A stretch of 25,057 nucleotides of DNA from Desulfuromonadales bacterium (GTDB taxonomy: Bacteria; Desulfobacterota; Desulfuromonadia; Desulfuromonadales; SZUA-540), in the NCBI GenBank assembly GCA_033549025.1, contig JAWSUS010000035.1, positions 1 to 25,057 of the forward strand. The letters are read 5' to 3'. The notes beneath the pieces were generated by a model. That model was not told the DNA's origin and did not search any database. It saw nothing but the letters and a program-made list of their open reading frames with translations. This document shows positions 1 to 10,715 of the stretch, piece after piece. How positions within the stretch are numbered: the first letter of the stretch is position 1; the number at the start of each line of letters is the position of its first letter. The translations under genes were made by a program, and so were the position numbers.

Positions 1-14
1 TTTGTGCATGACCA

Positions 15-58
15 TGTTTACAAAATCCTCCCCTCGATATTATCGGATTCTGTAAACA
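15..58. repeat. 14-bp imperfect inverted repeat (operator-like)
   Basis: TGTTTACAAAATCC (15-28) and GGATTCTGTAAACA (45-58), one mismatch, 16-nt spacer. Confidence 0.6.
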
Positions 59-67
59 ACGCGTCAA
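39..67 (-). promoter_or_regulatory. Putative sigma70 promoter for a divergent gene outside the window
   Basis: Minus strand TTGACG (67-62), 17 bp, GATAAT (44-39). Confidence 0.45.
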
Positions 68-102
68 TTTCTTACAAGTAAGTTTTTCAAGGAAAGGCTG
101 TC

Positions 103-663
103 ATGAAAGAAAGAAACGCCATCTCTCTGGCCCTGGTCGAAATGGAGCAGGATCTCAAGGATCTCCAGATCCGCTACGAACAGTATTTTGCCGGGGTCGA
201 GAAGCGCGAACCCATCCGGGAGCGGGAGGAACTTTCTCGCCGGCTGCGCCTTCTCAGCAACCGGCGCATTATCCAGACCGATCTACGCTTCCGCCACCAG
301 TCCCTGCTGGCCCGCTTCCACAGCTACGCCAGTCACTGGGACCGCATACTGCGCCTCATCGACGAAGGCAAGTACGAGCGGCATCTGGCCAAGCTCAAGC
401 GCCCCCAGTCCGACGGAGCACCCCAGACACGGCAAGAGGGCGACGCCGCACCGGACGCGACCGTCGACCGGCTCTACCAGGATCTGGTGACGGCCCGTCA
501 GACCTGCAACCTGGCCGGAACCGCCCCCGACCGGCAGCAGGTGGCCGAGTTCTTATCCCGCCAGCGGGAAAAAATTCGTGAAAAATTCGGGGATAGGGAA
601 GTCGATTTCGTCGTCGTCACGGAAGACGGCAAACCCAAGATTAAAGTCCGCGCCAAGAAATAG
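103..663 (+). CDS. Conserved deltaproteobacterial protein resembling the MXAN_5187 C-terminal domain family
   Basis: 186 aa; N-terminal L..L...YEQYF.G.EKREP helical region and C-terminal V.F.VV.EDGK.KIK motif recalled from this family; AAGGAAAGG RBS upstream. Confidence 0.7.
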   Translation: MKERNAISLALVEMEQDLKDLQIRYEQYFAGVEKREPIREREELSRRLRLLSNRRIIQTDLRFRHQSLLARFHSYASHWDRILRLIDEGKYERHLAKLKRPQSDGAPQTRQEGDAAPDATVDRLYQDLVTARQTCNLAGTAPDRQQVAEFLSRQREKIREKFGDREVDFVVVTEDGKPKIKVRAKK

Positions 664-669
664 GTGACT

Positions 670-1797
670 ATGGCCGGTGCCTCCCACAAGACCGCTCTCG
701 TCCTCGCCGGTGGCGGGATCATGGGAGCCGCCTACGAAATCGGTTGCCTGACCGCTGTCGATCGTCTCTTTTTGCCCGGCTTTTCCAGCCGCCGCTTCGA
801 TATGTATATTGGCGTCAGCGCCGGTTCGGTCATCGCCACCCTCATGGCCAACCGCATCGCCCCCGAGACTCTTTTCAGCGCTATTGCCAGCAACGACTCG
901 ACGGTCTTCAACTGGCGCCGCGGGGACATCTACCGCATGGACAAGGGGGCTATCCTCAAGTCCCTCTGGCAGGTCTCCCGCAACCTTTTCGGCATTTTCC
1001 GCCACCATCGCCGCAAGGGCTGGGACTTCACTTTTTCGGATATGGTGAAAATTGTGCAGGAGCAGTTTCCTGCCGGTCTCTTCTCCCTGGAACCGATGCA
1101 GCGCTACCTGCGCGAAGCCTTCGAGCAGGAGAATATCGCCGATGCGTTTGATCGGCTCAAGGCCGAACTGTACATCCCGGCCTACGACCTCGATGGCGGG
1201 ACCCGGGTCATTTTCGGCACGGAAGACTACCGGGACATGGCGATCTGTCAGGCCATTACCGCCTCCTGCGCCATCCCCTTCTTCTTCAGCCCGCTGCAGA
1301 TCGGCGACCGTTTCTATCTCGACGGCTCCGTGGGCCGCGTTTCGCATATCGATATCGCCATCGAACGGGGCGCCAAACTCATCCTGGTCGTCAACCCCCG
1401 GGTGCCGATGAACAATGACCGGGAGCACATCTGCCTGCCATCCCTGTCTTTCGGCCGATGTTCCAGCATTGCCCACCTGGGCCTCAGCTCCGCCTGGGAA
1501 CAGGCCCGCCGCATCGAGAACAAGGAAAAGCTCGATCTGGCGCTGGAGACCTACGGGCGCTGCCACCCCGAGGTGGACATCCTGCTGATCGAACCGGGTC
1601 GCGAAGAGTCCATGCTCTTTTTCCAGAACCCCATGAGCAACGCCGCCCGCCACCACATCATGAATTACGGCTATCATCTTACCCTGAGCCAGTTGCAGAA
1701 GGAGTTCGATCACTTTCACGCCAGTTTTGCCAAGCATGGCATCAAAACCACGGCGAAACGACTGCACAGTGCACCACCGGCGGAAATCGTCGACTGA
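670..1797 (+). CDS. Patatin-like phospholipase/esterase
   Basis: LAGGGIMG oxyanion loop, GVSAG nucleophile elbow, YLDGS catalytic Asp motif; ATG at 670 (alternative GTG at 664). Confidence 0.9.
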   Translation: MAGASHKTALVLAGGGIMGAAYEIGCLTAVDRLFLPGFSSRRFDMYIGVSAGSVIATLMANRIAPETLFSAIASNDSTVFNWRRGDIYRMDKGAILKSLWQVSRNLFGIFRHHRRKGWDFTFSDMVKIVQEQFPAGLFSLEPMQRYLREAFEQENIADAFDRLKAELYIPAYDLDGGTRVIFGTEDYRDMAICQAITASCAIPFFFSPLQIGDRFYLDGSVGRVSHIDIAIERGAKLILVVNPRVPMNNDREHICLPSLSFGRCSSIAHLGLSSAWEQARRIENKEKLDLALETYGRCHPEVDILLIEPGREESMLFFQNPMSNAARHHIMNYGYHLTLSQLQKEFDHFHASFAKHGIKTTAKRLHSAPPAEIVD

Positions 1798-1837
1798 AGA
1801 ACCGGCCTGAAGCCGGTCAGCCCCCTGGAGAGGGATC

Positions 1838-3775
1838 ATGACCATCGTCCTGCCCACACTGCACGTCCGCCGGTCCGCCCAAGCGGTGCCGCTGGCCGCC
1901 GCCTGCCTGGCGGCCGCGCTGCCCGCCTCCCTGCGGTCGACAACCCACCTGCCTGATTTTTTCCCCGACCAGAGCGACGAAGACATCCTCGCCGGCATCC
2001 TGGCCTTCGCGCCCGACCTGGTGGCCTTCCCCATCTACGTGTGGAACCGCCGCCGCCTGACCCAGTTGGCCCGGCAGCTCAAACAACGGTGTCCCGCCCT
2101 GCGTCTGGTGGCCGGAGGGCCCGAAGCCACGGCCGATTCCGCCGCCATTCTATCCGAAGGGACTTTTGACGCGCTCGTCTGCGGGGAGGGGGAAATCCCT
2201 TTCGCTCACCTGCTGGCCGCCTGGCAGGATTCCGACGCGGCCGCCCAAACGGCTGGAATTCTCTTTAAAAACCAGCAGGCCACCGCAAGCTGCGAAACCA
2301 ATGCCGGGCCCGAGAGTCTTGAGGAACTGCCCTCCCCTTGGCTGACCGGCACCTTGGTTCCCGAGTCAGGTCAGGGCGTTTTATGGGAAATTTCCCGCGG
2401 CTGCCCTTTCGGCTGCGATTTCTGTTTCGACGCACGGGGTCATCACGGCGTGCGTCCTGTCTCCTTTGAACGCCTCCGCGCCGAACTCGACCTCTTTGTC
2501 CGTCAGGGCGTCTCTCAGGTCTGGGTACTGGATTCCACCTTCAATTATCCCCCCGAGCGGGGCAAAATGCTGCTGCGCCTGTTGGCCGACCGGGCGCCCC
2601 ACCTCCATTTTCACCTCGAAGCCAAAGCGGACTTCCTCGATCGGGAAACGGCCCGCCTGCTGGCCCGCCTGTCCTGTTCGGTGCAGATCGGCCTGCAGTC
2701 CGCCAACCCCAAGGTGCTGCGCCAGGTTCACCGCTCCCTCGACCTCGAGCTCTTCGCGCGCAAGGTCCGCCTGCTCGCCGCCGAAGGGGTCACTTTCGGC
2801 CTCGACCTCATCTACGGCCTGCCCACGGACGACTACGCCGGCTTTACCCACAGCCTGAATACGGCCCTGAGTTTCACCCCCAATCATCTGGACATTTTTC
2901 CTCTTGCCGTCCTGCCCGGAACCCCTCTGCATCGAAACCGGGACAAGTTCGCCCTCAACGCCCAGACCGCGCCGCCCTACGAAATCCTTTCCACGGCGAC
3001 TTTAAGCGCCGACGACATGGAACGCTGCCGCGACCTGGCCGCAGCCACGGATCTCTTCTACAACCTGGGGCGGGCCGTAGGCTTCTTCCGGGCTCTGCTC
3101 ACCGCCATGCAGGAGGAAGCGGTCCCCTTTCTGGAAAACTTCGCCGTCTGGGCGATGACCAAGGCTTCGGTCAGCCGTGAAGAGTTCCGCGACTCTTCCC
3201 GCTGGACGACGGCGCGGATTCTCGATCTGCAGGAGGGCTACATCCGCCAGCGTCTTAAGACCCTGGGCCGAACAGATCTGCTGCCAGCGGCGCTCGACAT
3301 GGTGCGTTATCACTTTCATTACGCCGAAACCCTGCTGGGCGAGGAAACCCGGCCAGCCGACCCGGAACAGCTTCGCAACCGGGATAGCTGGAACACGCCC
3401 TGGCAGCGCTCAGCCACCGCCCGGCTGGTACCCTTCAGTTACGAAATACTGGATCTGCTCGAAATGGGAGAGATGGATCTTGAACGCATTGCCAGCCTCT
3501 TCCGCCCGGTCGGGTCGGTCGCCCTCTTTGCCCGCCGGGGCCCCGAGGTTCTTTGCGAATCGCTGGAGGAGGGTTTTCTGAAATTGCTGCAGGGATCGGA
3601 TGGCCAGAAAACTCCCCGGGAAATTTTCGCGGGGAGTATCTCGCGCAACGAAGGAGAGGAAATTCTTGAATTCGCCCTAAGCGAAGGGTTTCTTGTCCCC
3701 ACCAGGGATATTACGCGAAGCGGAAATACAGGAAAGAAGCCTTACCCAAAAAGCTCTCAAAAAGGGAAGGGCTGA
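1838..3775 (+). CDS. Cobalamin-binding (class B-like) radical SAM protein with long C-terminal region
   Basis: N-terminal B12-binding motifs (YVWN, VAGGPEAT, GEGE), SRGCPFGCDFC CxxxCxxC, QIGLQS, DLIYGLP, LPGT; GGAGAGG RBS. Confidence 0.9.
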   Translation: MTIVLPTLHVRRSAQAVPLAAACLAAALPASLRSTTHLPDFFPDQSDEDILAGILAFAPDLVAFPIYVWNRRRLTQLARQLKQRCPALRLVAGGPEATADSAAILSEGTFDALVCGEGEIPFAHLLAAWQDSDAAAQTAGILFKNQQATASCETNAGPESLEELPSPWLTGTLVPESGQGVLWEISRGCPFGCDFCFDARGHHGVRPVSFERLRAELDLFVRQGVSQVWVLDSTFNYPPERGKMLLRLLADRAPHLHFHLEAKADFLDRETARLLARLSCSVQIGLQSANPKVLRQVHRSLDLELFARKVRLLAAEGVTFGLDLIYGLPTDDYAGFTHSLNTALSFTPNHLDIFPLAVLPGTPLHRNRDKFALNAQTAPPYEILSTATLSADDMERCRDLAAATDLFYNLGRAVGFFRALLTAMQEEAVPFLENFAVWAMTKASVSREEFRDSSRWTTARILDLQEGYIRQRLKTLGRTDLLPAALDMVRYHFHYAETLLGEETRPADPEQLRNRDSWNTPWQRSATARLVPFSYEILDLLEMGEMDLERIASLFRPVGSVALFARRGPEVLCESLEEGFLKLLQGSDGQKTPREIFAGSISRNEGEEILEFALSEGFLVPTRDITRSGNTGKKPYPKSSQKGKG

Positions 3776-3788
3776 ACGGAAGCGTTCC

Positions 3789-4064
3789 TCAGGCCACCTT
3801 CCGAAGGCGCTGCCGGAATCTCGGCCGCTCAACCAGAATCTTGACAATCTCGTCGACCTCGGGCACCCGCCCGGACACCCGCACGTTGTCATCCACCAAC
3901 AGAGCGGGCGATACGTGCACACGGCTGTCGATCATTTTGCGACGATCCTTGAAAAGATGAACCTCCGCCTCCAACTCCAAGAGTGACAGCGCCTGCCGGA
4001 CATTCTCAAGGGCCCGCTCACCTTTGCCGGAGCTTTCGGGTTTGCACAAAATATCGATACGCAT
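3789..4064 (-). CDS. Small thioredoxin-fold (MTH895/Thioredoxin_3-like) protein lacking CxxC
   Basis: MRIDIL...SPALLVDDNVRVSGRVPEVDEI matches the family's (T/S)PAL.(I/V)(D/N)...V.GRVP motif; single Cys; AGAGAGGG RBS before ATG 4064. Confidence 0.75.
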   Translation of the reverse strand: MRIDILCKPESSGKGERALENVRQALSLLELEAEVHLFKDRRKMIDSRVHVSPALLVDDNVRVSGRVPEVDEIVKILVERPRFRQRLRKVA

Positions 4065-4125
4065 GATGCCCTCTCTTTCTGCCGTTCTACCAGACCGACG
4101 CCAGAATTGATGACCTTTTTGGTTA

Positions 4126-4153
4126 ATTATACACATTCCTCCTGTTTCTTCAA
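4126..4153 (-). promoter_or_regulatory. Putative sigma70 promoter of the thioredoxin-like gene
   Basis: Minus strand TTGAAG, 16 bp, TATAAT. Confidence 0.55.
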
Positions 4154-4191
4154 GGTATTCGATTAAAAATAGGCCATTATCGGCAGGGCAT

Positions 4192-5025
4192 TCAGGCAGC
4201 CGAACCGTAGGTCAGTCGCAACGCCCGGCGCACCCGGGCCACCAGACGGACGGGGTTGACGGGCTTGGAGATAAAATCGAAAAACCCGAGATCGAGCAGG
4301 CGTGCTTCCTCTTCCGCCGAAGCCAGGCCGGACAGGGCCACTACAGGAATTTTGCGAAGAGCGGGTTCGTCCTGCATGGCGACATACATCTCCTGACCAT
4401 CCAGGCGCGGCATCAGCATATCGGTCAGGATCAGATGGGGCTTCTTGTCCCGGGCGACCTGCAGTCCTTCGGCGCCATTGACGGCTTCGAGCACATGGAA
4501 ACCCATCTTTTTCAGGGCGGACACGGTGGCAGCACGAACCAGTTCGCCGTCTTCGACTACCAGCACCGTCCATTGATTCTCGCCACCCTTCTGTTCTTTC
4601 AGATAATGCCGGCTGACCGCCTCTTCGATTTCAGCCGGCGTGGTGACCAGAGGCTGAATTTTCAAGCCGGTACGGAAGGTGATGTTCTCCAGCACATCGT
4701 CGGCCAGCGGATTGACCATGGCGAGGAAGAGGGTCTTTTCCACTACTTTTAACGGGAAGACCAGCGAATGGATGGCTTCATCGCTTTCAACCAGGCCAAG
4801 AAGCTCTGGCGAAAAGCGATGTTTGGCAAAGCCGCTGACCGTCTTGAAACCGAATTGCCGGGCCAGAACGCCGGCAATATCCCGCTGGGTAACACTCCCC
4901 ATCTCTTCGAGCACCGTGCCGAGACGTTTACCGGTCCCCTTTTGTCTCTGCAGCGCCTGCTGCAGAACCTCTTCGGTTACAACCCCAGCCTCAACAAGTA
5001 CCTCGCCAAAACGTTTTTTACTCAT
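4192..5025 (-). CDS. MshEN/GspE-N-terminal domain fused to a C-terminal receiver domain
   Basis: Tandem motifs RFGEVLVEAGVVTEEVLQQALQRQ-KGTGK-RLGTVLEEMGSVTQRDIAGVLARQ; LFLAMVNP GspE-N region; REC motifs VLVVED, LILTDMLMP, FISKP. Confidence 0.88.
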   Translation of the reverse strand: MSKKRFGEVLVEAGVVTEEVLQQALQRQKGTGKRLGTVLEEMGSVTQRDIAGVLARQFGFKTVSGFAKHRFSPELLGLVESDEAIHSLVFPLKVVEKTLFLAMVNPLADDVLENITFRTGLKIQPLVTTPAEIEEAVSRHYLKEQKGGENQWTVLVVEDGELVRAATVSALKKMGFHVLEAVNGAEGLQVARDKKPHLILTDMLMPRLDGQEMYVAMQDEPALRKIPVVALSGLASAEEEARLLDLGFFDFISKPVNPVRLVARVRRALRLTYGSAA

Positions 5026-5129
5026 CCCCGCCCCCAGAACAAAAGTAATGTTTAGACATACAGGCTGAAAATGTAGCACAGAGAACGGCCGAGGCGAACC
5101 TCCCTTTTTAATTTATCGGGAGAAATCGT

Positions 5130-5164
5130 AAAAAACCGGCAGGAACCATGAGGCTCCTGCCGGT
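5130..5164 (-). terminator. Rho-independent terminator after clpB
   Basis: Stem ACCGGCAGGA (5135-5144)/TCCTGCCGGT (5155-5164) with A-run 5130-5135 (U tract on minus strand). Confidence 0.8.
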
Positions 5165-5200
5165 GACCTGTTCGAAAGCGTCATGAGGCGCCGGACAAAC

Positions 5201-7855
<2,655 letters not shown>

Positions 7856-7907
7856 GGGCATATCCTTCCGCATGCTAGGGGTACATCTGATTCTTTTTAA
7901 CAACGAA

Positions 7908-7932
7908 GGCCGGAGGCTTTGACCCTCCGGCC
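7908..7932 (-). terminator. Intercistronic hairpin between hsp20 and clpB (weak terminator or mRNA stabiliser)
   Basis: GGCCGGAGG (7908-7916)/CCTCCGGCC (7924-7932), followed on minus strand by TTCGTTGTT. Confidence 0.5.
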
Positions 7933-7947
7933 CGTTTAAACATTATC

Positions 7948-8343
7948 TCAGCCAGCGCTGATTTCAATGCGGCGCGGCCTGGCCGCCTCCGCCTTGGGCA
8001 GATGCAGCCTCAACACCCCGTCCCTGACTTCGGCCCTGGCCTTGTCGGGGTCGATCTCATCGGGAAGCTGGAACTGTCGATAATAGGCAGACAGGGCAAA
8101 TTCCCGGTAGAGCTCTTCACCCTGGGCGGGCGGCACTTCGCCTTCAATGGTCAAGACACCTTTGTCGATGCCGATGTGCAGGTTCTCGCGGGAGACCCCC
8201 GGCATATCGGCCAGCAGGGTCAGCCCCTCATCCGTCTCCAGGATGTCGACGGCCGGTGTGACGTAGTTGCGGGCGGAGCGGGTCTGTTCCCTGGCCAGAG
8301 TTTTATTCTCCTTGCTGTTGTCGTAAATTTCATGGGCTGCCAT
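7948..8343 (-). CDS. Hsp20/alpha-crystallin family small heat shock protein
   Basis: TPAVDILE, ADMPGV, GVLTIEG, YRQFQLP, DGVLRLHLPK, C-terminal IEI; AAGGAGAG RBS. Confidence 0.95.
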   Translation of the reverse strand: MAAHEIYDNSKENKTLAREQTRSARNYVTPAVDILETDEGLTLLADMPGVSRENLHIGIDKGVLTIEGEVPPAQGEELYREFALSAYYRQFQLPDEIDPDKARAEVRDGVLRLHLPKAEAARPRRIEISAG

Positions 8344-8400
8344 GATGCACTCTCCTTGATGTCGTTAAAAGTTTGTCGTCCGATACGGTTAATGGCGGTC

Positions 8401-8853
8401 TCAGCCGACCTGAACGGTGATCTTTTTCGGTTTGGCCGCTTCCTGCTTAGGCAGGGTTACCCGCAGAATACCGTCACGATAGGCAGCCTGCACCTTGTCG
8501 GCATCCACCTCGCCCGGCAGTTCGATGGTACGCAGGAAGGCTCCGAAGCCCCGCTCGCGCCGGTGCCAGACCTTGGCCTGCTCTTTCCCTTCGACCTCTT
8601 TTCTTTCACCGGAGAGGGTCAGACTCCCCTTCTGCAGGGTCATTTCCAGCTGGTCGGCCTCAACCCCCGGCACCAGCGCCTCGACAACATAGTTGTCCGC
8701 ATCCTCCCGCAGATTGATACGCGGGAAAGGCCGCACTCCCATGCCCGGCAGAAAAGCCGGCTCCAGCAGACGGGCGCCACCAAAGCCGCGAAAAGCGTTT
8801 TCCATCTCCCGACGAAGACTGTCCATTTCCCTGAAAAGATCCCAGTTTGCCAT
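8401..8853 (-). CDS. Hsp20/alpha-crystallin family small heat shock protein
   Basis: FPRINL, ALVPGV, LTLSGER, RERGFGAFLRTIELP, YRDGILRVTLPK, C-terminal ITV; AAGGAGG RBS. Confidence 0.95.
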   Translation of the reverse strand: MANWDLFREMDSLRREMENAFRGFGGARLLEPAFLPGMGVRPFPRINLREDADNYVVEALVPGVEADQLEMTLQKGSLTLSGERKEVEGKEQAKVWHRRERGFGAFLRTIELPGEVDADKVQAAYRDGILRVTLPKQEAAKPKKITVQVG

Positions 8854-8922
8854 GATGATTTCCTCCTTTGACGATCTATGGTTGGCGGGATTCGCCCGCA
8901 GTGTCTATCTGCTCCACAGACA

Positions 8923-8940
8923 TATCAAGGGGCGTGCCAA
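8923..8940 (-). promoter_or_regulatory. Sigma54 (-24/-12) promoter of hsp20-hsp20-clpB
   Basis: Minus strand TTGGCACG-CCCC-TTGATA; perfect -24 box, correct spacing, -12 GA instead of GC. Confidence 0.7.
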
Positions 8941-9008
8941 CCACGGCCAAAGAGTTTTCTTATGCATTTTCGGGCAGTTGCATATTGGCAATTAAAAGGA
9001 GGGTTTTC

Positions 9009-9070
9009 TTGCGACGTCGCAGCAACCGGCATTTGCGTCAGTTGCGACGTCACAGGGGGCCTTGCGACAG
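9009..9070. promoter_or_regulatory. Putative upstream activating sequences (bEBP enhancer)
   Basis: TGCGACGTCGCA perfect palindrome (9010-9021), TGCGACGTCACA (9043-9054), TTGCGACAG (9062-9070); about 70-130 bp upstream of the -24 box. Confidence 0.6.
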
Positions 9071-9085
9071 GGGCGGGGACAGCGG

Positions 9086-10528
9086 CTAGGATTCGAGATC
9101 GCGGCGAGAGAGCTCGAGCTTGTCGAGATAGCGGTAAAGGGTGGCGCGATGAACGCCGAGCAGACGGGCGGCAGCCGTCAGATTGCCGTCGGCGGCCTGA
9201 AAGGCCTGACGAATCTCCTCGGCGTCGAGCTCGGCCGGCCGGGTCGATTTACGCCGGGAGCCGTTTGTCGATGAAGACATATCGGCCTGACCTTCGAGCC
9301 GGGATGGTGCAGAAAGCAGCGGATAGGGGGTGATCAGGGGTGGGGTTTCCGTCGGAGCACTTCCCCATTCCCCGGCGGCAAAGTGGCGACGCTCCTGGAT
9401 CCACTCGCGAAAGGCCTTGGCCCCGATCACTTCGCCCGGGGTTTCGATAAAGACCCGTTCGAGGACGTTGCGCAGCTCGCGGATGTTACCCGGCCACAGG
9501 TAGGATTGGAGCAACGCCAGGGCTTCACCGGTCAGGCGCTGGATGCGACGGCCGTATTTCTGGCTGAATACCTGCAGAAAATGGGTGACCAGGGCGGGGA
9601 TGTCCTCTTTGCGCTCGCGCAGGGGCGGCAGGTGGATGCGCAGCACCGAGAGGCGATGGTAGAGATCAGCCCGAAAACGCCCCTGCCCCACCGCTTGTTC
9701 GAGGGGAACGTTGGTGGCGGCCACGATGCGCACGTCGATGCGGCGGGTGTTCTCGCCACCGACCCGCTCAAAGGTGCCCTCTTCCAACACCCGCAGCAGC
9801 TTGGCCTGGGTATGCAGCGGCATGTCGCCGATTTCGTCGAGAAACAGGGTGCCGCCGTCCGCCCGCTCGAAGCGGCCGACATGCGTGCGCACCGCGCCGG
9901 TAAACGCGCCCTTTTCATGACCAAAAAGTTCCGATTCGAGCAGTTCCGCCGAAATGGCGCTGCAATTGACAGCGACGTAGGGCCCGGCCTCCCGGTCACT
10001 GCAGTCGTGCAGGGCGCGGGCCACCAACTCCTTGCCCGAGCCCGTCTCTCCCGTCACCACCACGCTGGCGGTCGTCGGCCCGTACAGGCTGATCTTGCGG
10101 AAGACCTCCCGGGTCAAGGGGCTGGAACCGACCATGCCGTGGAACGTTTCCACCGTATCCCGTTCCGCCGAGGTCGGCTGGCGGAAGGTGAAGGTCACGG
10201 TGCGACCACGGAAATCCGAGGTCAAGCCGCCGGGGCGCACTTCCACCATGAGCACGACATTTTCCCGACCGGCAAAGCGAATCTGCAGGTCAAGCAGAGG
10301 CAGATCGCGCTCGATGGCTTCATTGGCCAGATCAGGCAGGGCCGGGCGAACACCGGCAAAAAGTTCTTCAAGGGGAGCGCCGACGGCCTCGGTCGAGGCC
10401 ACACCGAGCCACTCGGCCAGTGCCGGCGACAGACTCAGTACGCGCCAGGGACCCACCTCGGCCCTGGCCGCGACCAGATCGGGGGCCCGGGTCGGCAGGC
10501 CAAGCGATTTTTCACCATCAGCAAGCAT
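9086..10528 (-). CDS. Sigma54-dependent transcriptional activator (bEBP) with PAS-like N-terminus and Fis-type HTH
   Basis: GETGSGKE Walker [21 protein letters not shown] Walker [29 protein letters not shown]; no receiver domain; GAGGAG RBS before ATG 10528. Confidence 0.93.
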   Translation of the reverse strand: MLADGEKSLGLPTRAPDLVAARAEVGPWRVLSLSPALAEWLGVASTEAVGAPLEELFAGVRPALPDLANEAIERDLPLLDLQIRFAGRENVVLMVEVRPGGLTSDFRGRTVTFTFRQPTSAERDTVETFHGMVGSSPLTREVFRKISLYGPTTASVVVTGETGSGKELVARALHDCSDREAGPYVAVNCSAISAELLESELFGHEKGAFTGAVRTHVGRFERADGGTLFLDEIGDMPLHTQAKLLRVLEEGTFERVGGENTRRIDVRIVAATNVPLEQAVGQGRFRADLYHRLSVLRIHLPPLRERKEDIPALVTHFLQVFSQKYGRRIQRLTGEALALLQSYLWPGNIRELRNVLERVFIETPGEVIGAKAFREWIQERRHFAAGEWGSAPTETPPLITPYPLLSAPSRLEGQADMSSSTNGSRRKSTRPAELDAEEIRQAFQAADGNLTAAARLLGVHRATLYRYLDKLELSRRDLES

Positions 10529-10563
10529 GGGTTCTCCTCGTGCCATGAAACTTTGCTGTCGCC

Positions 10564-10592
10564 AATTTAACCTTTCCTTCGGCATAGTTCAA
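10564..10592 (-). promoter_or_regulatory. Putative sigma70 promoter of the bEBP gene
   Basis: Minus strand TTGAAC, 17 bp, TAAATT. Confidence 0.4.
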
Positions 10593-10670
10593 CCGACAAG
10601 GCGCAAATCGCTGTCTTCCCATTCTTCGATTTTAATCTTTATTTAGCGCGGGAACATCTCCTTGATTTTG

Positions 10671-10679
10671 TGCTAGAAT
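10671..10679 (+). promoter_or_regulatory. Extended -10 element upstream of the GGDEF/EAL gene
   Basis: TG-C-TAGAAT, with GGAGG RBS downstream. Confidence 0.4.
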
Positions 10680-10715
10680 TGAAACCTGATTTCCATCCGG
10701 AGGGGAGCTGTTTCC

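Noticed and set aside
553..2034. 493-aa minus-strand ORF and similar long antisense ORFs (9383-10570, 10632-11741, 15227-16156, 20537-21562, 22501-23367)
   Set aside because: All overlap well-supported genes on the opposite strand and lack domain signatures
4065..4136. Longer start for the thioredoxin-like ORF (and upstream starts at 5079, 7903, 10585, 13199, 19337)
   Set aside because: Extensions are non-homologous or overlap promoters, terminators or neighbouring genes; downstream ATGs fit the domain starts and mostly have better RBSs
8343..8372. GCACTC resembling half of a CIRCE between the hsp20 genes
   Set aside because: The second arm GAGTGCTAA is absent; the sequence is simply the RBS region
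8854..8912. Possible ROSE/RNA thermometer in the hsp20 leader
   Set aside because: Only a small GCGGG/CCCGC hairpin; no U(U/C)GCU or fourU pairing with the SD seen
10528..10546. TGGCACG on the minus strand near the bEBP start
   Set aside because: No TTGC-like -12 element at the right spacing; it overlaps the RBS
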